Shown: positions 21,156 to 31,317, counted from the stretch's first letter. The stretch: DNA of 64,000 nt from an uncultured Candidatus Rokubacteria bacterium (GCA_963789955.1 CAWBMV010000037.1:256001-320000), one strand, 5' to 3'. Numbers and translations are program-made. Notes: a model not told the origin generated them from the sequence alone.

Positions 21156-21773
21156 TCAGCCCTCTCGTCCCGTGAGGGAGTGGGAGACCGCGTTCACTGA
21201 GAGCAACCGCTTGATCTCGTGGCACACCTGGTCCAGGTCCAGTGGCTTGGTCACGCACGCGTCCGCCCCGGCGCCGAGCAGCACGGGCACCATGGACGGA
21301 TGTCCGGTCATACCGAGAATCCGCACCTCTCGCGTCTCCGGCAGTCGCCGGAGACACCGGCACGCCTCGATACCGTCGAGGCCGGCGAGCACGACGTCGA
21401 GAATGATCAGCGCCGGACGGAACGTCCCGACCTTGACGAGCGCCTCGTAGCCGTCGGTCGCCGTCTCGATCACGAACCCGTCGGCCAGCAAGTCGTGCAG
21501 CAGCTGGACCACGAGCGGCTCGTCGTCGACGAGCAGCACGCGAGGTCTCGCTCCCGAGGCGACCGGATAGGCCGGCCGGCCCTGAGCGCGCAAGAAGCGC
21601 TGGAACTCGTGCAGGTCGATGCGGCGGTGGCCGCCGGGCGTCAGATGAGCGCCGAGGTCCCCGGCCCTGATCCAGCGCCGGAGTGTGGGGATCGAGACGC
21701 GGCAGTGAGACGCCGCCTGCCGGGTCGTGAGGTATTCTCGACCCTCGGCGGACGGTCGTTTCACTTTTTGCAC
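21156..21773 (-). CDS. Excisionase-type HTH plus receiver response regulator
   Basis: YLTTRQAASHCRVSIPTLRRW...TPGGHRRI followed by REC. Confidence 0.88.
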   Translation of the reverse strand: MQKVKRPSAEGREYLTTRQAASHCRVSIPTLRRWIRAGDLGAHLTPGGHRRIDLHEFQRFLRAQGRPAYPVASGARPRVLLVDDEPLVVQLLHDLLADGFVIETATDGYEALVKVGTFRPALIILDVVLAGLDGIEACRCLRRLPETREVRILGMTGHPSMVPVLLGAGADACVTKPLDLDQVCHEIKRLLSVNAVSHSLTGREG

Positions 21774-21888
21774 ATTTGATTCCTAGCACGGCGATTCGCC
21801 AAGTCCGCACGAAATAGTGCAATCCGGGCGGCGGGACGTTGCGGGACGGGGCGCGGGGAGCGGCGGAGGCGGCGGGAGCCGCCGCGTT

Positions 21889-23418
21889 TCAGACGGGGTA
21901 GACGCCGTTCCGGCGAGACGGGAACTCGTGCACTTTGGACTGCGCGAACGCCAGGCGCTTGATCAGCTCGTCGCGCAGGGCGCCGCCCGGCACGATGTCG
22001 TCGATCAGCATCTCGGAGGCGAGCTTGTAGGTGTCGACGTCCTTCACGTACTCGTCGCGCTTCTGCTTGACCCAGGCCGCGCGCTCGCTCTCGGGCAGCT
22101 CCATGATCTTGTTGTAGTAGACCGCGTTCACCGCGGGCTCCGGACCCATGATCGCGATCTGCCCCTGCGGCAGCGCGATCGACGCGTCGGGCTCGAAGGC
22201 CGGGCCGCACATCGCGTAGAGCCCGGCGCCGTAGCACTTGCGCACGATCACCGAGATCTTCGGCACCGTCGCCTGCGCGGTCGCGAAGACCATCTTGGCG
22301 CCGTGGCGGATGATCCCCTGCTGCTCGACCTTGGTGCCGACCATGAAGCCGGCGATGTCGGCGAGGTAGACGAGCGGGAGATTGAACGCGTTGCAGAGCC
22401 AGATGAAGCGCGCCGCCTTGTCGGACGAGTCGACCATCAGCACGCCGCCCTTCACCTTCGGCTGGTTGGCGACGATACCGACCGCGCGGCCGCCCAGACG
22501 CGCGAAGCCGACGATGACCTCCTGCGCGAAGAGCCGCTTGATCTCGAACCAGGAGCCGGCGTCGATCAGACGATCGATGACCTCGTACATGTCGAAGTAC
22601 TTCCGCTGGTCGTACGGGACGATCTCATCGACGGAGCGGCCCGGCTTCGGCTCGGCGGCCGGCGCCATCGCCGGCACATCGCGGTACGACTGCGGCATGT
22701 AGGTCAGATAGCGGCGGGCCAGCGCGATCGCGTCCTCGTCCGAGGCGGCGAGCATGTCGCCGCAACCGGAGACCTTGCAGTGCATGAGCGCGCCGCCGAG
22801 CTCCTCCAGGGTCGTCTTCTCGCCGATGGCCATCTCGACCATGCGCGGGCTCCCGACGTAGAGAGACGCCTTGCCCTCCACCATGATCACCACGTCGGTC
22901 AGCGCGGGCAGATAGGCCGAGCCCGCCGGCGACGGCCCGAACAGGATGCAGACCTGGGGCACGACACCGGAGAGCTGCACCTCGTTGTAGAAGATGCGTC
23001 CGGCGTGGAATCGCCCGGGAAAGATCTTGATCTGCTCGGAGATGCGCCCGCCGGCGGCGTCCACCATATAGATGAGGGGCAGCCGCAGCCGCGCGGCCTT
23101 CTCCTGGATTCGAATGATCTTCTGGATGGTCTTCTCGCCCCACGAGCCGGCCTTGACCGTGTAGTCGTTGGCCATGACGCACACGGGACGCCCGCCCACC
23201 ATGCCGACGCCGGTGACGACGCCGTCGGCCGGTGTGTCGGGCTCGTTGGACCGCGCGAAGAGCCAGTCCTCCTGGAACTCGGAGCCCGGATCGAGAAGGA
23301 GCTTGAGCCGATCGCGGACGAAGAGCTTGCCTTCCTCGCGGAGCTTGTCGCGGTACTTCGTGTGACCCTGCTCGATCCGCGCGCGCTCCTGGAAGTAGCG
23401 TTCTTCGCCCGAGCTCAC
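21889..23418 (-). CDS. Acyl-CoA carboxylase carboxyltransferase (beta) subunit
   Basis: PADGVVTG, NDYTVKAGS, AGSAYLPA, IAGFMVG, GIIRHGAK. Confidence 0.93.
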   Translation of the reverse strand: MSSGEERYFQERARIEQGHTKYRDKLREEGKLFVRDRLKLLLDPGSEFQEDWLFARSNEPDTPADGVVTGVGMVGGRPVCVMANDYTVKAGSWGEKTIQKIIRIQEKAARLRLPLIYMVDAAGGRISEQIKIFPGRFHAGRIFYNEVQLSGVVPQVCILFGPSPAGSAYLPALTDVVIMVEGKASLYVGSPRMVEMAIGEKTTLEELGGALMHCKVSGCGDMLAASDEDAIALARRYLTYMPQSYRDVPAMAPAAEPKPGRSVDEIVPYDQRKYFDMYEVIDRLIDAGSWFEIKRLFAQEVIVGFARLGGRAVGIVANQPKVKGGVLMVDSSDKAARFIWLCNAFNLPLVYLADIAGFMVGTKVEQQGIIRHGAKMVFATAQATVPKISVIVRKCYGAGLYAMCGPAFEPDASIALPQGQIAIMGPEPAVNAVYYNKIMELPESERAAWVKQKRDEYVKDVDTYKLASEMLIDDIVPGGALRDELIKRLAFAQSKVHEFPSRRNGVYPV

Positions 23419-23431
23419 CGTCGCCTGCCGA

Positions 23432-24455
23432 TCACGGAGTGGGGTTGGTCCACAGGATGATGATGAGGGTGCCGGAGCCGTGCTTGGGACCGCCGATCAC
23501 CGCCGGATTGCCCGATTGGGCCTGAATGTTCGTCGACAGCTCGGTCATGCTGCCGCGCAGGAGCCGCATGTTGAACGTCACCGCGGCGCCACGCACGCTC
23601 TGCGGCGTGACCTCCAGCCGCCGATCGCCCGGCACCGGCCACTTCTGGGTCGTTCCCACCGGGACCTCGGCGCGGTAGCGCGCGAGTGAGGTGTAGTTGT
23701 TGTAGCGGAAGAGCTGGCGGAGCTTCGGCAGAAACGCCTCGAGGCGCTCGTCGGGCGGCTCCGGCGCCTTGGTCGACGCGTTCGGCGGCGGGCCGTCGCT
23801 GGCCAGGACGATTCGCGTGCCGAACCGGACAATGGTCTGCGCCTGCGCGATCGCGGCCAGCGCAAGGGTCAGCATCACGGCCAGGATCAGCAACCAGGAG
23901 CGGTCCGAGGGCGTCCCGTAGACGCCGGCGGGCGTTGTGCAGCCGCGACATCACGGTCCCCATCGGTATGTTCAGCACCTCCGCGATCTCGCGGTACGAG
24001 AGACCCTCGAGATCACTCAACATGATAATGGCCCGATGCGGCTCGGACAAAGTGGCGAGCGCGCGGCCGATTCGCTCGCGCTCCTCGACCTGCTTGGCGT
24101 GGGTGTCGGGCGCGGTCCCCTGATCGACCAGGACCCGGTCCCAGTCCTGCTCGTCGACGCGCTCGGTACCGAACGCGCGCCCGCGCGCCGCGTGCTGTCG
24201 CGCGCGGTCCCGCGCGACGTTCATCACGATCCGAAAGAGCCAGGTGTAGAACGCGGAGTCGCCCCGGAACGACGGCAGCGCCTGAAAGGCGCGGATGAAG
24301 GCATCCTGGGCGACGTCCCAGGCCTCTTCCGGGTCGCGAAGGACGTTGTAGGCGAGTCGATAGACGCGCTGCCGGTACTTCTCGACCAGGGGCTCGAACG
24401 CCGCGAGATCGCCGGCACGGCATCGCTCGATCAGGGCTGCTTCGTCCGTGTCCAC
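23432..24455 (-). CDS. ECF sigma-70 factor, probably fused (across a 1-nt indel near 23894) to a TM segment and exported domain
   Basis: Sigma2 (DVAQDAF, FYTWLFRI) and sigma4 (LSYREIAEVLNIPMGTVMSRLHNAR); no stop after sigma4; hydrophobic LLILAVMLTLALAAIAQA follows in the shifted frame. Confidence 0.8.
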
Positions 24456-24485
24456 CGGGATTCACTCGCTCGCCCCCCGTCGTCG

Positions 24486-24514
24486 TTAGACGACGAGATG
24501 GCGGTCGCGATTCA
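24486..24514 (-). promoter_or_regulatory. Putative ECF-type autoregulatory promoter
   Basis: TGAATC-N16-CGTCTAA on the minus strand, ~30 nt upstream of the sigma start. Confidence 0.55.
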
Positions 24515-24965
24515 CCGTCGCCGAGTCGTTCGGCGCGAATCCGCCGTGAGAGCGTCGAGGCCCAGCAGATAGCTCTGTGGGCCGAATCCCACGATCTGAC
24601 CGCGCGCAACGGCGGCGATCACCGAGTGGCGCCGGAACTCCTCGCGCCCGTGCACGTTCGACAGGTGGACCTCCACGACCGGCAGCTTGATCGCGGCCAC
24701 CGCGTCGCGCAGGGCGATCGAGTAGTGCGTGAACGCGCCCGGGTTGAAGACGACGCCGGCGAACCGCTCACCCTGGGCGGCCTGGAGCCAGTCGACGAGC
24801 TGTCCCTCGTGATTCGACTGCCGGCACTCGACCGAGTGACCGCGGCGGCGGGCGTGCTCGCGAAGCATACGATCGACTTCGGCGAGCGTGATCGCGACCG
24901 TAGACTCCCGGCTCGCGGGTGCCCAGGAGATTCAGGTTCGGGCCGTGCAGGATCAGGATCTTCAC
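24512..24965 (-). CDS. aroQ: Type II 3-dehydroquinate dehydratase (frameshift near 24890)
   Basis: [44 protein letters not shown]. Confidence 0.95.
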
Positions 24966-25006
24966 GACAGCGCGGGAGCTTAGCATCAGCGGGCTGTCCG
25001 GGCGGA

Positions 25007-25519
25007 TCAGAAGAACGTGGCGGGGTCTCGAATCTTGTCGCGGAGCAGAGGGGGCACGCTGGGCTCCTTCCACCACGCGTCCCAAAGCTCATCGCCCGTG
25101 ACTTGCCCCATCGTGATGTTGAGCATCACCATCGTCCAGATGAACTTGTTCGGCGACAGCTTGACGCCGTTCAGGACCCGGTCGACGACGCCGTCGACGA
25201 GGACGGGTCGACCGACGTTGTGCAGGTGCTGCTGGAACGCAATGATCCAGTGCGCGGTGATGTCACCGTAGACTCCGTCGACCTTCATCGTCGGAAACTT
25301 CTTGGGTGGGTGGAACGGGTTTTTGAACTTCGTCGGATTCTGGGCGACGATCTTGAGGAAATGCTGGACCAGCATCACGTCGTCCGTCTGGTTCCTGGAT
25401 CCACGATGGTTCCCCGGAACGTTCGGCGCACCAACGAAGCCGTCCGTGTTGTAGAACAGATTGTCCCGGTGCTTCGGCAGCTTGTCCACGAAGTCTTTCG
25501 CAACGTCTCGGAAGGCCAT
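25007..25519 (-). CDS. Hypothetical protein with a peptidoglycan-binding-like motif
   Basis: DVMLVQHFL and [17 protein letters not shown] resemble the PG-binding-1 pattern; GGAGGA SD. Confidence 0.55.
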   Translation of the reverse strand: MAFRDVAKDFVDKLPKHRDNLFYNTDGFVGAPNVPGNHRGSRNQTDDVMLVQHFLKIVAQNPTKFKNPFHPPKKFPTMKVDGVYGDITAHWIIAFQQHLHNVGRPVLVDGVVDRVLNGVKLSPNKFIWTMVMLNITMGQVTGDELWDAWWKEPSVPPLLRDKIRDPATFF

Positions 25520-25569
25520 CGGTCCTCCTCCGTTCTGTCGATCAAGCGGATTTTCATCGAGAAAGGCGA

Positions 25570-26301
25570 TCAGTGCGCGCCGAGCGGCGACACGAGCCAG
25601 TCGGCGACCGCGAACAGCACGAGCCCGGCGAAGACCGTCCAGCCGAGGGCCGGACCACCTTCGCGATTCACTTCGGGAATGAGATCCGACGCCGCGACGT
25701 AGATGGTGACTCCGGCCGAGAGCGCCAGCGCGTAGCCGACGTGATGAGCGGCCAGGAAGTGCGTCGCCGCCGCGCCCGCGAGCGTGAGCACGCCGAGCAG
25801 CGCGCCCGCGCCCACCGCGGCCCTGGGCGACTGGCCGCCGGCGAGCATGATCGACGCGATCGTGACCCCCTCGGGTACCTTGTGCAGGCACACCGCGATG
25901 GACAGGAGCACGCCGAGCGACGGGGCGATCATGAAGCCCGCGGCGATGGCGACGCCGTCGAAGAGCGTGTGGACGCCGAGGCCGAGGAGCGCCAGGTAGC
26001 CGGCCGAGGGGCGCAGCAGCGCCTCCGGGTGGATCTCTTCGCCGAAGTGGAAGTGCGGCGCGACCGTGTGCTCGAAGAGGTGCACGCCGAAGTAGCCGAT
26101 CAGGACGAAGAGGAACGCGTGCGGGACCTGCGCGCTCTCGGGCAGCATACGCACGAACGCGGCGGCCAGCATGAACCCGGCGCCGCCCGCGACGAAATAT
26201 CGCAGCGGCGCCAATCCCTTCTGATGCACCGTGGTCACGAGCAAGGCACCGGCGAGATCGGCGACCGCCGCAGCGGCCACAAAGGCCAGGTATGCTAACA
26301 T
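25570..26301 (-). CDS. ZIP family metal transporter
   Basis: Multiple TMs; HFHFGEEIH loop, HTLFDG, LHKVPEG, SDLIPE. Confidence 0.9.
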   Translation of the reverse strand: MLAYLAFVAAAAVADLAGALLVTTVHQKGLAPLRYFVAGGAGFMLAAAFVRMLPESAQVPHAFLFVLIGYFGVHLFEHTVAPHFHFGEEIHPEALLRPSAGYLALLGLGVHTLFDGVAIAAGFMIAPSLGVLLSIAVCLHKVPEGVTIASIMLAGGQSPRAAVGAGALLGVLTLAGAAATHFLAAHHVGYALALSAGVTIYVAASDLIPEVNREGGPALGWTVFAGLVLFAVADWLVSPLGAH

Positions 26302-26316
26302 CGTCGGGAGCATAGC

Positions 26317-28011
26317 ATGGGCATCACAGGGCTTTTCCGCAGGCTCGGTGAGATCCTGGTTCGCGAGCGGCTGACCACCCCCGACGTCGTGGAGCAGGCG
26401 CTCGTCCGCGCCCGCACGACGGGCGAACGGGTCGGCGAGGCGCTCGTGTCCCTGGGCGCCGTGAAGGACGACGACGTGCTCCGAGCCCTCGCGCAGCAGC
26501 AGAACCTCGCGTATCTCAACCGCGATGAGCTGCCGGCGCCCCTGCCGATCGTCAAGAATCTCTCGCCGAAGTATCTGCGCCAGTACGCGGTGTGCCCGGT
26601 GAGCGTCGAAGGCAACGTGCTGACCATCGCGACGGCCGATCCGCTGAATCCGATCATCGTCGACGATCTCGCGCAGTCGACCGGCCTCACCGTGAAGGTC
26701 TGCGTCTCGTCGGCCGACGCGATCGTCGAGGCGATCGACCGGACCTATGACGGCGTGGCGACACCGCTGCAGCGCATCGTCGAGGGCATGGACGACGATC
26801 GCGGCGGCGAGGGCGACGAGGACGTCAACCAGCTGCGCGACATGGCGTTCGAGGCGCCGGTCGTCCGGCTCGTGAATCTGCTCATCGAGAACGCCATCAC
26901 GTCCGAGGCCTCCGACATCCACATCGAGCCGTTCGAGGACACGCTGCGCATCCGGTACCGCATCGACGGCATGCTCTTCGACCAGGAGGCGCCGCCGCGG
27001 CGCCTGCAGGCCGCGGTGACCTCGCGCGTGAAGCTGATGGCCGAGATGAACATCGCGGAGCGGCGGCTCCCCCAGGACGGCCGCATCCGGGTCACGCTCC
27101 ACAATCGCCGCGTCGACATCCGCACCTCGACGATTCCGACGGTGCACGGCGAGTCGATCGTCATGCGGCTGCTCGACCGGCAGAGCGTCTTCCTGGCCCT
27201 CGAGAAGCTCGGCTTCTCGCCGGGGATGCTCCCCCGCTTCGAAGGGTTGATCAAGCGGCCCCACGGCATCGTCCTGGTCACGGGACCGACCGGATCGGGC
27301 AAGACCACGACGCTCTACGGCGCGCTCGACAAGATCAACTCGCCGGACCGCAAGATCATCACCGTCGAGGACCCGGTCGAGTACCAGCTGAAGGGCGTCA
27401 ACCAGATCGCGGTCAAGCCGAAGATCGGTCTGACCTTCGCCACCGGGCTCCGGCACATCGTCCGCCAGGACCCCGACGTGATCCTGATCGGCGAGATCCG
27501 CGACCTCGAGACGGCGGAGATCGCGATCCAGGCCTCGCTCACCGGTCACCTCGTCTTCTCGACCCTGCACACCAACGACGCGCCGGGCGCGATCACGCGG
27601 CTCCAGGACATGGGCGTCGAGCCCTACCTGGTGGCCTCCGTGCTCGAAGGCGTGCTCGCGCAGCGGCTCGTCCGGCGGATCTGCGCGACGTGCCGCGTCT
27701 CCGACACGCCGTCGCCGGCCGACCTGGGCGCCCTCGGCATCGCCGGCGCCGACGGCACGCGCCTCTATCGCGGCCGCGGCTGCGACGAGTGTCGCGGCAC
27801 CGGCTACCGAGGCCGGACCGGGATCTACGAGCTGTTCCCGATCACGGAAGAGGCGCGCAGCCTCATCCTCCGCCGAGCGCCGACCCGCGACATCCGCCGT
27901 GTCGCGATGGAAGCCGGCATGGTCACGTTGCGGCTCGACGGCTGGGCCAAGGCGTGCGCCGGGGTCACCACCGTCGAGGAAGTGCTCCGAGTCACGCAGG
28001 AAGACGCCTAG
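26317..28011 (+). CDS. gspE: Type II secretion ATPase
   Basis: ASDIHIEP, ERRLPQDG, GPTGSGKTTT, RQDPD, TLHTND, tetra-Cys motif. Confidence 0.96.
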   Translation: MGITGLFRRLGEILVRERLTTPDVVEQALVRARTTGERVGEALVSLGAVKDDDVLRALAQQQNLAYLNRDELPAPLPIVKNLSPKYLRQYAVCPVSVEGNVLTIATADPLNPIIVDDLAQSTGLTVKVCVSSADAIVEAIDRTYDGVATPLQRIVEGMDDDRGGEGDEDVNQLRDMAFEAPVVRLVNLLIENAITSEASDIHIEPFEDTLRIRYRIDGMLFDQEAPPRRLQAAVTSRVKLMAEMNIAERRLPQDGRIRVTLHNRRVDIRTSTIPTVHGESIVMRLLDRQSVFLALEKLGFSPGMLPRFEGLIKRPHGIVLVTGPTGSGKTTTLYGALDKINSPDRKIITVEDPVEYQLKGVNQIAVKPKIGLTFATGLRHIVRQDPDVILIGEIRDLETAEIAIQASLTGHLVFSTLHTNDAPGAITRLQDMGVEPYLVASVLEGVLAQRLVRRICATCRVSDTPSPADLGALGIAGADGTRLYRGRGCDECRGTGYRGRTGIYELFPITEEARSLILRRAPTRDIRRVAMEAGMVTLRLDGWAKACAGVTTVEEVLRVTQEDA

Positions 28012-28017
28012 TCCGCC

Positions 28018-29230
28018 ATGCCCGTTTTTGTGTATCGGGCGGCCGACCGGCGCGGCCAGACGATCGATGGCGTGATGGAAGCGCCCGACGCGCGCTCCGT
28101 CGTCGAGCGGCTGCAGCGCGATTCGTACTTCCCGATCCGCGTCTCGCCGCACGCCGACCGGCAAAGCTGGCTGTCGCTCGGCGGATCGGGTCGCATCAGC
28201 CAGGGCGACATCCTCGCGTTCACCCAGCAGCTCGCGACCCTGTTCGAGGCCACCCTGCCGCTCGACCGCGCGCTGGCCATTCTCGAAGAGCTGGCGCCGA
28301 ACGGGCGCGTCAAGGCGATCGTGTCCGATCTGCTGGTGAGCGTTCGCGGCGGCGCCTCGCTGAGTGAGGCGCTCGCCAAGCATCATCCCCGGCCGTTCTC
28401 CCGGCTCTACATCAACATGATCCGCGCCGGCGAGCGGGGCGGCGTGCTCGAGGTCACCTTGCGCCGGCTCTCCGAATTCCTCGAAGCGCGCGCCGCGTTC
28501 AGCGAGGCCGTCATCACGGCGGTCGCCTACCCGGCCGTGGTCTTCACGTTCGGGATCGGCGCCATCATCTTTCTCATGACCTTCGTGATCCCGCGGTTCG
28601 CGACGATCTTCGCCGACCTCGGACAGACGATCCCGCTCCCGACCCAGATCCTCCTCACGGTGAGCGCGATCTTCTCGTCCTACTGGTGGGTCGGTGTCCT
28701 CCTGGCGCTCGGCGCGATGCTGGCCTGGCGCATGTGGACCGGCAGCCCGCAGGGGCGGCTCCAGTGGGATCAGACCATCCTCGGCCTTCCCATCGTCGGA
28801 CCGCTCGTCATGAAGATCGAGACCGCGCGCTTCGCCCGGACGCTCGGCACCATGCTCAAGAGCGGCGTGCCGGTCATGAGCGCGCTCGCCGTCGTCGGCG
28901 ACACGATGACGAATCAGGCGATCGGGCAGGCGCGTCGCGCGGCTCTCCGATGGCGTGAAGCGCGGCGGCACCCTCGCGACGGGGATGCAGGAGCAGGCGC
29001 CGTTTCCTGTGCTGGCGATCCACATGGTGCGAGTCGGCGAGGAGACGGGCCGGCTCGAGGACATGCTCATCAAGGTCGCCGAGACGTTCGAGACCGAGGT
29101 CGGGACCGATCTCAAGCGCGCGCTCCGGCTGCTCGAGCCCGTGATCATCTTCGGCATGGGGGTACTTGTGGCTTTCATCGTCGTCGCTATGATGCTGGCT
29201 ATTTTCTCTATCAACGAGATACCGCTGTGA
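28018..29230 (+). CDS. gspF: Type II secretion inner-membrane platform protein (frameshift near 28935)
   Basis: FTQQLATL, AGERGG, YPAV, VIPRF, GEETGRL, LEPVII. Confidence 0.93.
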
Positions 29231-29232
29231 GG

Positions 29233-29387
29233 CGGGCGGGGCGGGCCGAGCGGGGGCGGGGGAGCCCCTGCGCGACGACGACTGCTCTCATGGACTTCCC
29301 GTCAAAGAGATTACTCGGCGGCGTCCGCGCGCTGACTACACGCGTCGCGCAGGGGCTCCCCCGCCCCCGCTCGGCCCGCCCCGCCCG
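29233..29387. repeat. Perfect 45-bp inverted repeat with 65-nt loop between gspF and gspG
   Basis: 29233-29277 is the exact reverse complement of 29343-29387; left arm has five G-runs. Confidence 0.93.
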
Positions 29388-29421
29388 GTCTCGGTTTCTC
29401 GTTCTTGAGAATTGCCGCTCG

Positions 29422-29868
29422 ATGCGTCGAGCTGCATGCCGGAGGTTCTTAGATCAGCGGGGGTTTACGTTGATCGAGCTGCTCGTGGTCATCATCGTGC
29501 TGGGGTTGCTGGTTGGGTTGGTGGGGCCGCGGCTGTTTGGTCGAGTCGGTCAGTCGAAGATGGCTGCGGCGCGGGCGCAGATCGAGCTGCTCGGGGCGGC
29601 CCTGGACCAATATCGCCTGGACATCGGCAGCTATCCCAACGCCGGCCAGGGTCTCGACGCGCTGAATCGGAATCCGAATGTAAACAACTGGAACGGTCCC
29701 TACCTCAAAAAGGCTGTGCCCAAGGATCCGTGGGGCAACCAGTACAAGTATCGCTGCTGTCCGGGCCAGAACGGGGAGTACGACCTCTGGTCCGAGGGTG
29801 CCGATGGGGCCCCGGGTGGCGAAGGCGAGAACACGGATATTACGTCATGGGACAGCAGCCAAAAGTAG
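29422..29868 (+). CDS. gspG: Major pseudopilin
   Basis: GFTLIELLVV, ALDQYRLDIGSYP, WNGPYL, KDPWG, GADGAPGGEG. Confidence 0.96.
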   Translation: MRRAACRRFLDQRGFTLIELLVVIIVLGLLVGLVGPRLFGRVGQSKMAAARAQIELLGAALDQYRLDIGSYPNAGQGLDALNRNPNVNNWNGPYLKKAVPKDPWGNQYKYRCCPGQNGEYDLWSEGADGAPGGEGENTDITSWDSSQK

Positions 29869-30296
29869 ATGCCCGGGGCTTCACGCTCCTCGAGCTGATC
29901 GTCACCTTGGTGGTCGTCGCGGTCGCGGTGGGCCTCGTGGCCCCGGCGATCGGACGGAGCACCGAAACCTTGCGCGCCCGGGCCGAGGTCGCCGGATTCT
30001 CGGCCACGTTCCGGCACGCGCGCGAGCAGGCGATCACCACGAGACAGGCGTTCACCGTCTTGGTCAATCCGACGAGCCATCTGCTGACGGTCACGACCGG
30101 CGAGGACGAAGTCCGCTGGACCCGCGCGCTCTCGAAGCGCGTCGAGATCCGGGCCGACACGCCGAACTCGCTGGCGGTTCGCTTCGAGCCGCAGGGAACG
30201 TCCAGCGGCGGAGACTTTCATCTCGTCTCGGGCAAGATCGCCTATCGCGTCACGGTCGACGCCGTGACCGGACGCGTGCGGAACCAGCGCGAATGA
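29847..30296 (+). CDS. gspH: Minor pseudopilin H
   Basis: GFTLLELIV, ARE QAIT-type helix, RFEPQGTSSGG; operon position. Confidence 0.85.
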   Translation: MGQQPKVDARGFTLLELIVTLVVVAVAVGLVAPAIGRSTETLRARAEVAGFSATFRHAREQAITTRQAFTVLVNPTSHLLTVTTGEDEVRWTRALSKRVEIRADTPNSLAVRFEPQGTSSGGDFHLVSGKIAYRVTVDAVTGRVRNQRE

Positions 30297-30697
30297 GGCG
30301 CCGGAGCCAGGCCGGCTTCACGCTCCTCGAGGTCCTCATCGCGTTCGCGATCCTGAGCGTCGCCGTGGTCGCCGTGATCCAGGGCTTCGCGCAGGGGCTG
30401 CGGCTCTTGAAAGTCGCGGGTGACCACCAGCAGGCCGTGCTCCTCGCCGATCAGAAGACCCGCGAGATGGTCGTCCCGGTGGAAGGGCGCGACCAGGGCA
30501 AGGAAGGCAACTTCGACTGGGAGCGCGTCGTCACCGTCGTGCCCGCGCCCGATCTCACCCGGACGGCGGCGACCGCCAAATGGCACGTCTACCGGATCGA
30601 CGTGAAGGTCAGCTGGGGCGACAAGCGCGGCGTCGAGATCGTGAGCATGCGGACGGCCGCCGACGCGGCGCCGCTGCCGGGAGTTCGTTCGCGGTGA
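30293..30697 (+). CDS. gspI: Minor pseudopilin I
   Basis: GFTLLEVLIAFAI; operon position. Confidence 0.85.
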   Translation: MRRRSQAGFTLLEVLIAFAILSVAVVAVIQGFAQGLRLLKVAGDHQQAVLLADQKTREMVVPVEGRDQGKEGNFDWERVVTVVPAPDLTRTAATAKWHVYRIDVKVSWGDKRGVEIVSMRTAADAAPLPGVRSR

Positions 30698-31317
30698 GAC
30701 GCGACCAGCGCGGCTTCACCTTGATCGAGCTCCTGATGGCGCTCGCCATCGTCGGCGCGCTGGTGGTGATCGCCTTCGGCGGCGTCCGGATCGCGCTGGG
30801 CTCGTGGCGGCAGGGCGAGGAGCGCGCGGAGGCATACCAGCATCTGCGCGGGATCGCGCTGACCCTGGGCCGCTCGGTCGGCGCGGCCTATCCGTTCAAC
30901 GGCCCTCGCAGCGACATGCCGACCGCGGTGCTGCTCTTCGCCGGCACCGCGTCGAGCCTCGAGTTCGTGACGCAGACCGCCCCCTTCCCGACGTCGATCC
31001 CCGTCGCCTTCACCGCGGTCGTGATCGAGCTCGGAACCACGGGCGAGCAGCGCGGCCTGGTCATCCGGCAGCGCGTCTTGCCGAACCGCAACCCGTTCAC
31101 GGACGCGGTGGTCGTCTTCAACGACCCCACCCTGACGGAGCTCTCATTCGGCTTTCTCGACGACTCCGGCGCCTGGCAGGACACGTGGGACGTCGAGACC
31201 CAGAAGCGCCTGCCGAAGGCGATCCGCGTCAGCGTGGGCGGCACGCTCAACGGCCGCGCGCAGACCCTCTTGCCCTTGACCGTGCCGCTCCGCGTGGGCA
31301 CCGAGCAGCAGCAGTGA
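30694..31317 (+). CDS. gspJ: Minor pseudopilin J
   Basis: GFTLIELLMAL, C-terminal WQDTW...LPKAIRV. Confidence 0.85.
   Translation: MRRDQRGFTLIELLMALAIVGALVVIAFGGVRIALGSWRQGEERAEAYQHLRGIALTLGRSVGAAYPFNGPRSDMPTAVLLFAGTASSLEFVTQTAPFPTSIPVAFTAVVIELGTTGEQRGLVIRQRVLPNRNPFTDAVVVFNDPTLTELSFGFLDDSGAWQDTWDVETQKRLPKAIRVSVGGTLNGRAQTLLPLTVPLRVGTEQQQ

Noticed and set aside
21156..21773. Excisionase indicating a prophage
   Set aside because: The HTH is fused to a receiver domain beside a kinase; no phage or integrase genes nearby
25570..29214. 1214-aa minus-strand ORF
   Set aside because: Antisense shadow of gspE/gspF in GC-rich DNA; only the last 243 aa (ZIP transporter) are real
28018..29868. Apparent GspF-GspG fusion protein
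   Set aside because: Produced by an indel near 28935; the true GspF C-terminus is in another frame and stops at 29230
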